The notes under the pieces were generated by a model, which saw only the letters and a program-made list of their open reading frames with translations, did no database searches and was not told the origin of the DNA. Below, piece after piece: positions 61,219-64,000 of a stretch of 64,000 bases of DNA. The stretch comes from Oscillospiraceae bacterium (GTDB taxonomy: Bacteria; Bacillota; Clostridia; Oscillospirales; QAMX01): positions 35,944 to 99,943 of the forward strand of contig SVLQ01000003.1 of NCBI GenBank assembly GCA_015067825.1. The letters run 5' to 3'. Numbering within the stretch: the first letter of the stretch is position 1; every line of letters begins with the position of its first letter. Position numbers and translations under genes: made by a program.

Positions 61219-61229
61219 GATTGCGTTTA

Positions 61230-61706
61230 TTATTTGATTGCGCCTTCGATCGTTTCTAAGATCGTCGCTGCATCGTCGGAGACGACGAGCCAGACGTAGT
61301 CGCCGCTCGTTTTGATTTCCGAGGCGTTGATCTTGTCGTATTCCGCCGGGATGTAGTTGTTCATTTCGTTGAGTTTCTGGGTACGGAAGCTTTCGAGCTT
61401 TGCTTTGATCGTTTCCAGCGAATCCTTGTCGGCGGCGTGGTAGATGAAGAGCATATCGCCCAGAACCGCATCGGCGGGGATCAGCGCCACGCCTTCGGAG
61501 TAGGCGGCTTCGGGAATGCCGACGTAGGCGAGCGTCTCAGCGGCGTCGAGCTCTAAAAGTTCGGGCAGCGTGACCTTGGCGGTGATGTCGGCGTAGATCT
61601 CGGCAATGGGCTTCACTTCTTTTTCTTCGCTGCCGCCGCAGGCTGCCATGGCAAAGAGCATGCAGAGGGCGAGAACAAAAAGCATGATCGATTTCGTGTG
61701 TTTCAT
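61230..61706 (-). CDS. DUF4358-like lipoprotein
   Basis: 158 aa. Lipobox FAMAAC|G. Overall pattern ...MLFIYHAADKDSLETIKAKLESF...YVWLVVS. Confidence 0.55.
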   Translation of the reverse strand: MKHTKSIMLFVLALCMLFAMAACGGSEEKEVKPIAEIYADITAKVTLPELLELDAAETLAYVGIPEAAYSEGVALIPADAVLGDMLFIYHAADKDSLETIKAKLESFRTQKLNEMNNYIPAEYDKINASEIKTSGDYVWLVVSDDAATILETIEGAIK

Positions 61707-61739
61707 AAAAATCCTTCTTTCTGAATTTGAGTGGGAAAT

Positions 61740-62819
61740 TTAGCTGAGCTTGGAGGCCGCGTAGCCCTTCAGCAGAGCGGTCCAAACGTCGTAGGCAGCG
61801 GTCGTCTGATGGACGTAGCCGTCGGAGCAGTAGGCCGCTTTGAGGTTGCCGTCGGTATCGGCGAGCGGGTCGGCGATGTTGATGAATTCATAGCCGTTGG
61901 TGTGGCAGAAGTCGATCAGCGCGAGGTTCAGTGCACGCAGGTTGGCGCTGGTGAGCTTGCCTCGTTCGCCGCCTGCTTTTACGTAGGTCGCGCTCAAAAC
62001 GTAGAACTGCACATCCGGAACTGCGGCCTTGATCTTGCCGAATAGCGTGCCGAAGTTTTCGATCGTTTTTTCCACGCCGTAGAGGCCGACGTCGTTCAAA
62101 CCGAACATGACAAAGACCTTTTTCGCACCCGTCAGCGGGATCGACTGCCAAAGCTGCATCTGCTCGCCCTGATACGCCGGGTGGACGGATTCACCGCTGA
62201 CAGCCCAAAGCGAGTTGCCGGCCCCCAAACTGCCGGAAACGAGGAACTGCGCGCCGTCGCTGCCGCCGAAGAAGAGCGAATCGGACTTACGAACCTTGGA
62301 AACGTAGTTGCGCCAGCCGAGCGAGATCGAGTCGCCGACGAAAACGGCGTCATCAAAGAACGAGAAGATCTGCGAATCGGACAGACCGCGCGTATCCGTC
62401 GAGGGAGCTGCGACGGGGAGCAGAACCGAGCCGGCCACGAGCGAAGACGTCTGCGGCGGAGTCGTCGGTGTCGGGGTCGTTGCGGCGGTGGTGGCGGAAG
62501 TCGTTGTTTGTGAGGTGACGGGCGGTTCGGTGTCGGTGGGGGTGAAGGTCACGCCCTGCGTGGTCGTTTGCGATGCAGCCGTAGTGGTCGCCTGCGAAGC
62601 CGGTGTTGTGGTAAAGATCGGCACTGCCGAGACATAACCGCTCTGCATCCCCGATTCGGTGGTCGTTTGATCCGGGGAGGATGGGGATGTGCTTACGGTC
62701 GGTTTTCCGGAAGTGGAGGAAACGGTGGTTTCGGCGGGCTCACCCGTGGAGCAGGCAAACAAACCGAAGAACATCGCGGCACAAAGCAACAGGCATATCG
62801 TCGGACGGAGATGCTTCAT
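61740..62819 (-). CDS. SGNH/GDSL-like hydrolase lipoprotein with a Thr/Ser/Pro-rich linker
   Basis: Lipobox GLFAC|S. About 100 aa of T/S/P low complexity (nt ~62435-62741). Then FVGDSISLGW, MFGLNDVG and ...DGYVHQT. Confidence 0.7.
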   Translation of the reverse strand: MKHLRPTICLLLCAAMFFGLFACSTGEPAETTVSSTSGKPTVSTSPSSPDQTTTESGMQSGYVSAVPIFTTTPASQATTTAASQTTTQGVTFTPTDTEPPVTSQTTTSATTAATTPTPTTPPQTSSLVAGSVLLPVAAPSTDTRGLSDSQIFSFFDDAVFVGDSISLGWRNYVSKVRKSDSLFFGGSDGAQFLVSGSLGAGNSLWAVSGESVHPAYQGEQMQLWQSIPLTGAKKVFVMFGLNDVGLYGVEKTIENFGTLFGKIKAAVPDVQFYVLSATYVKAGGERGKLTSANLRALNLALIDFCHTNGYEFINIADPLADTDGNLKAAYCSDGYVHQTTAAYDVWTALLKGYAASKLS

Positions 62820-62937
62820 GGATTTCGGTAACTCCTATCGTTATTATTTATGATAAGAACATATTCGCACCTTATTATACCCCTGTGAGTGTAGAAAGTC
62901 AAGTGCGGAAATGTTAATAGAAATTCTGAAAACCGAT

Positions 62938-62966
62938 ATTGACGAGGCCGGAAAAAATCAGTATAA
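62938..62966 (+). promoter_or_regulatory. sigma-A promoter of nrdR
   Basis: TTGACG (62938-62943), 17-nt spacer, TATAAT (62961-62966). Confidence 0.65.
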
Positions 62967-63053
62967 TTATGGTGTCGGATTGTAAACGATCCAACCGTTA
63001 ATACATAAGAAAGGCAGCCGGAGCACCTCTTGTCTTCGGCGTTGGTAAACGAT

Positions 63054-63530
63054 ATGAAGTGTCCCTACTGCGGCGATACCGACAGCAAAGTTGTCGATTC
63101 GCGCCCCGACGAAGAAAACGACAGCATCCGTCGGCGGCGCGAATGTACCAAGTGCGGGCGCCGCTTCACAACGCATGAACAGGTTGAGAGCTTTCCGATT
63201 CTGGTCAGCAAAAAGGACGGCAAGCGTGAACGCTTCGACCGCAATAAGCTTATCCGCGGGATCGTCAAAGCTTGTGAAAAACGCCCGGTGAGCGCGGTCG
63301 ATATCGAAGAGTTGGTCAACGATATCGAACAGACCGTCCGCAACACGATGGAACACGAAGTGAGCACGGCAGAACTGGGCGAGATGGTCATGGATAAGCT
63401 CTATGCGCTCGACGAGGTCGCCTACGTGCGGTTTGCCTCGGTCTATCGCCAGTTCCGCGACGTCAATACGTTCTACGACGAGCTGCGCAAGCTGCTGGAA
63501 AAAAGCGAAGGCAACAGACCGCAGGCATAA
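63054..63530 (+). CDS. nrdR: Transcriptional repressor NrdR
   Basis: True start is ATG 63054. [17 protein letters not shown]...[12 protein letters not shown] (zinc ribbon) plus an ATP-cone. Confidence 0.95.
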   Translation: MKCPYCGDTDSKVVDSRPDEENDSIRRRRECTKCGRRFTTHEQVESFPILVSKKDGKRERFDRNKLIRGIVKACEKRPVSAVDIEELVNDIEQTVRNTMEHEVSTAELGEMVMDKLYALDEVAYVRFASVYRQFRDVNTFYDELRKLLEKSEGNRPQA

Positions 63531-63552
63531 CCTGTATTCAAGGAGAAAAACG

Positions 63553-63792
63553 ATGGAACAAACCGACTCCAAAAGCTTTGAGGCGCTGATGACGCGCCTG
63601 GAAGAGATCACCCGCAAGCTCGAACGCGGCGATATCCCGTTGGAAGAGAGCTTGAAGATGTTTGAAGAAGGCACCGCTCTGATCGGCGTGTGCAAAAAAA
63701 TGCTCGACAGCGCCGAACAGAAGGTGCGTCTGCTCGTGCGCGACGAAACCGGTGAAAAATTGGTGCCGTTTGACGGGGAGGGAGAACAGTGA
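63553..63792 (+). CDS. xseB: Exodeoxyribonuclease VII small subunit
   Basis: True start is ATG 63553 (RBS AAGGAGAA). MEQTDSKSFEALMTRLEEITRKLERGDIPLEESLKMFEEG. Confidence 0.9.
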   Translation: MEQTDSKSFEALMTRLEEITRKLERGDIPLEESLKMFEEGTALIGVCKKMLDSAEQKVRLLVRDETGEKLVPFDGEGEQ

Positions 63793-64000
63793 ACCCTGCA
63801 TGGACCCTTGCGTCGAAAGCCGCAGCGGTGGAAGCTGCGCTCAATACGCTCTTTTGCGAGCCGGAACCGACGCCGCGCGTGCGCCTGAATGAATCGCTGC
63901 GCTACAGCATCGTCGGCGGCGGCAAGCGTCTGCGCCCCGTTCTGCTGCTTTCGTTTGCGGAGCTGGGCGGCTGCGACATGGACGCAGCCATGGACTTTGC
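63789..64000 (+). CDS. Polyprenyl (farnesyl/geranylgeranyl) diphosphate synthase, N-terminal fragment (runs off the right edge)
   Basis: GTG 63789 overlaps the xseB stop. Manual translation gives ...LRYSIVGGGKRLRPVLLLSFAELGG... Absent from the ORF track because there is no stop in the window. Confidence 0.75.
   Translation, partial: MNPAWTLASKAAAVEAALNTLFCEPEPTPRVRLNESLRYSIVGGGKRLRPVLLLSFAELGGCDMDAAMDF

Noticed and set aside
13333-63552. The 50 kb between xseA and xseB read as an inserted genomic island.
   Set aside because: The content is core metabolism (pfp, his, rnf, metK, nrdR). There are no integrase, transposase or tRNA attachment sites and no flanking direct repeats of convincing length. 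It is better explained as an ancient rearrangement.
1-64000. CRISPR arrays, tRNA/rRNA genes, prophage or transposon genes, and classical defence-system genes (nucleases, helicases, methyltransferases).
   Set aside because: I saw no repeat-spacer periodicity, cloverleaf-sized conserved structures or mobile-element protein signatures in any intergenic region or ORF translation. This was inspection by eye only; tRNAscan- or covariance-type tools would be needed for certainty.

Overview
This is a GC-rich chromosomal segment from a sporulating Firmicutes/Clostridia-type anaerobe. The evidence is spoVT, rnfCDGEAB, a probable PPi-type phosphofructokinase, hisZ with a short hisG, GGAGG ribosome-binding sites and TGnTATAAT promoters. 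I saw no rRNA, tRNA, CRISPR array, transposase or integrase.

Gene order, left to right:
1. A cluster of two glycyl-radical-enzyme (GRE) paralogs around a Zn alcohol dehydrogenase and a GH2 glycosidase. It runs on into def-like, flavodoxin/ferredoxin and MutT-TIM-barrel fusion genes, followed by mutM.
2. asp23-nusB-(tsaD-like)-xseA.
3. pfp and an SGNH hydrolase.
4. A his operon, hisZGDCBH | hisFIE. It has no hisA, and a terminator plus promoter sit where hisA usually lies.
5. An amidohydrolase/SIS/PfkB sugar cluster.
6. A more A/T-rich accessory patch. It holds three tandem divergent paralogs of an unknown polytopic membrane protein, a 2-hydroxyacid dehydrogenase and an XRE-HTH+TPR regulator.
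7. EamA, a GH20-like enzyme and an Opp/Dpp-family ABC importer. All five importer components are oversized, and the OppD-like ATPase carries an insertion of about 400 aa.
8. spoVT, rnfCDGEAB plus NusG_II/Gx genes, a Ca-type P-ATPase, tcdA, an orphan ABC ATPase and metK.
9. A radical-SAM/DUF4130 pair of the 'putative DNA modification/repair' type.
10. Two lipoproteins, nrdR, xseB and a partial ispA-like gene.

The candidates most worth follow-up are the GH2-GRE cluster (no activase is visible), the triple membrane-paralog array with the nearby XRE-TPR regulator, the hyper-expanded Opp system, the MutT-TIM fusion next to mutM, and the radical-SAM/DUF4130 pair, which shares a repeated TATGGACAA motif with the metK leader.

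Every long 'shadow' ORF in the track lies in the exact antisense codon phase of a real gene, and I rejected all of them. All family assignments come from motifs read by eye; no database search was run.
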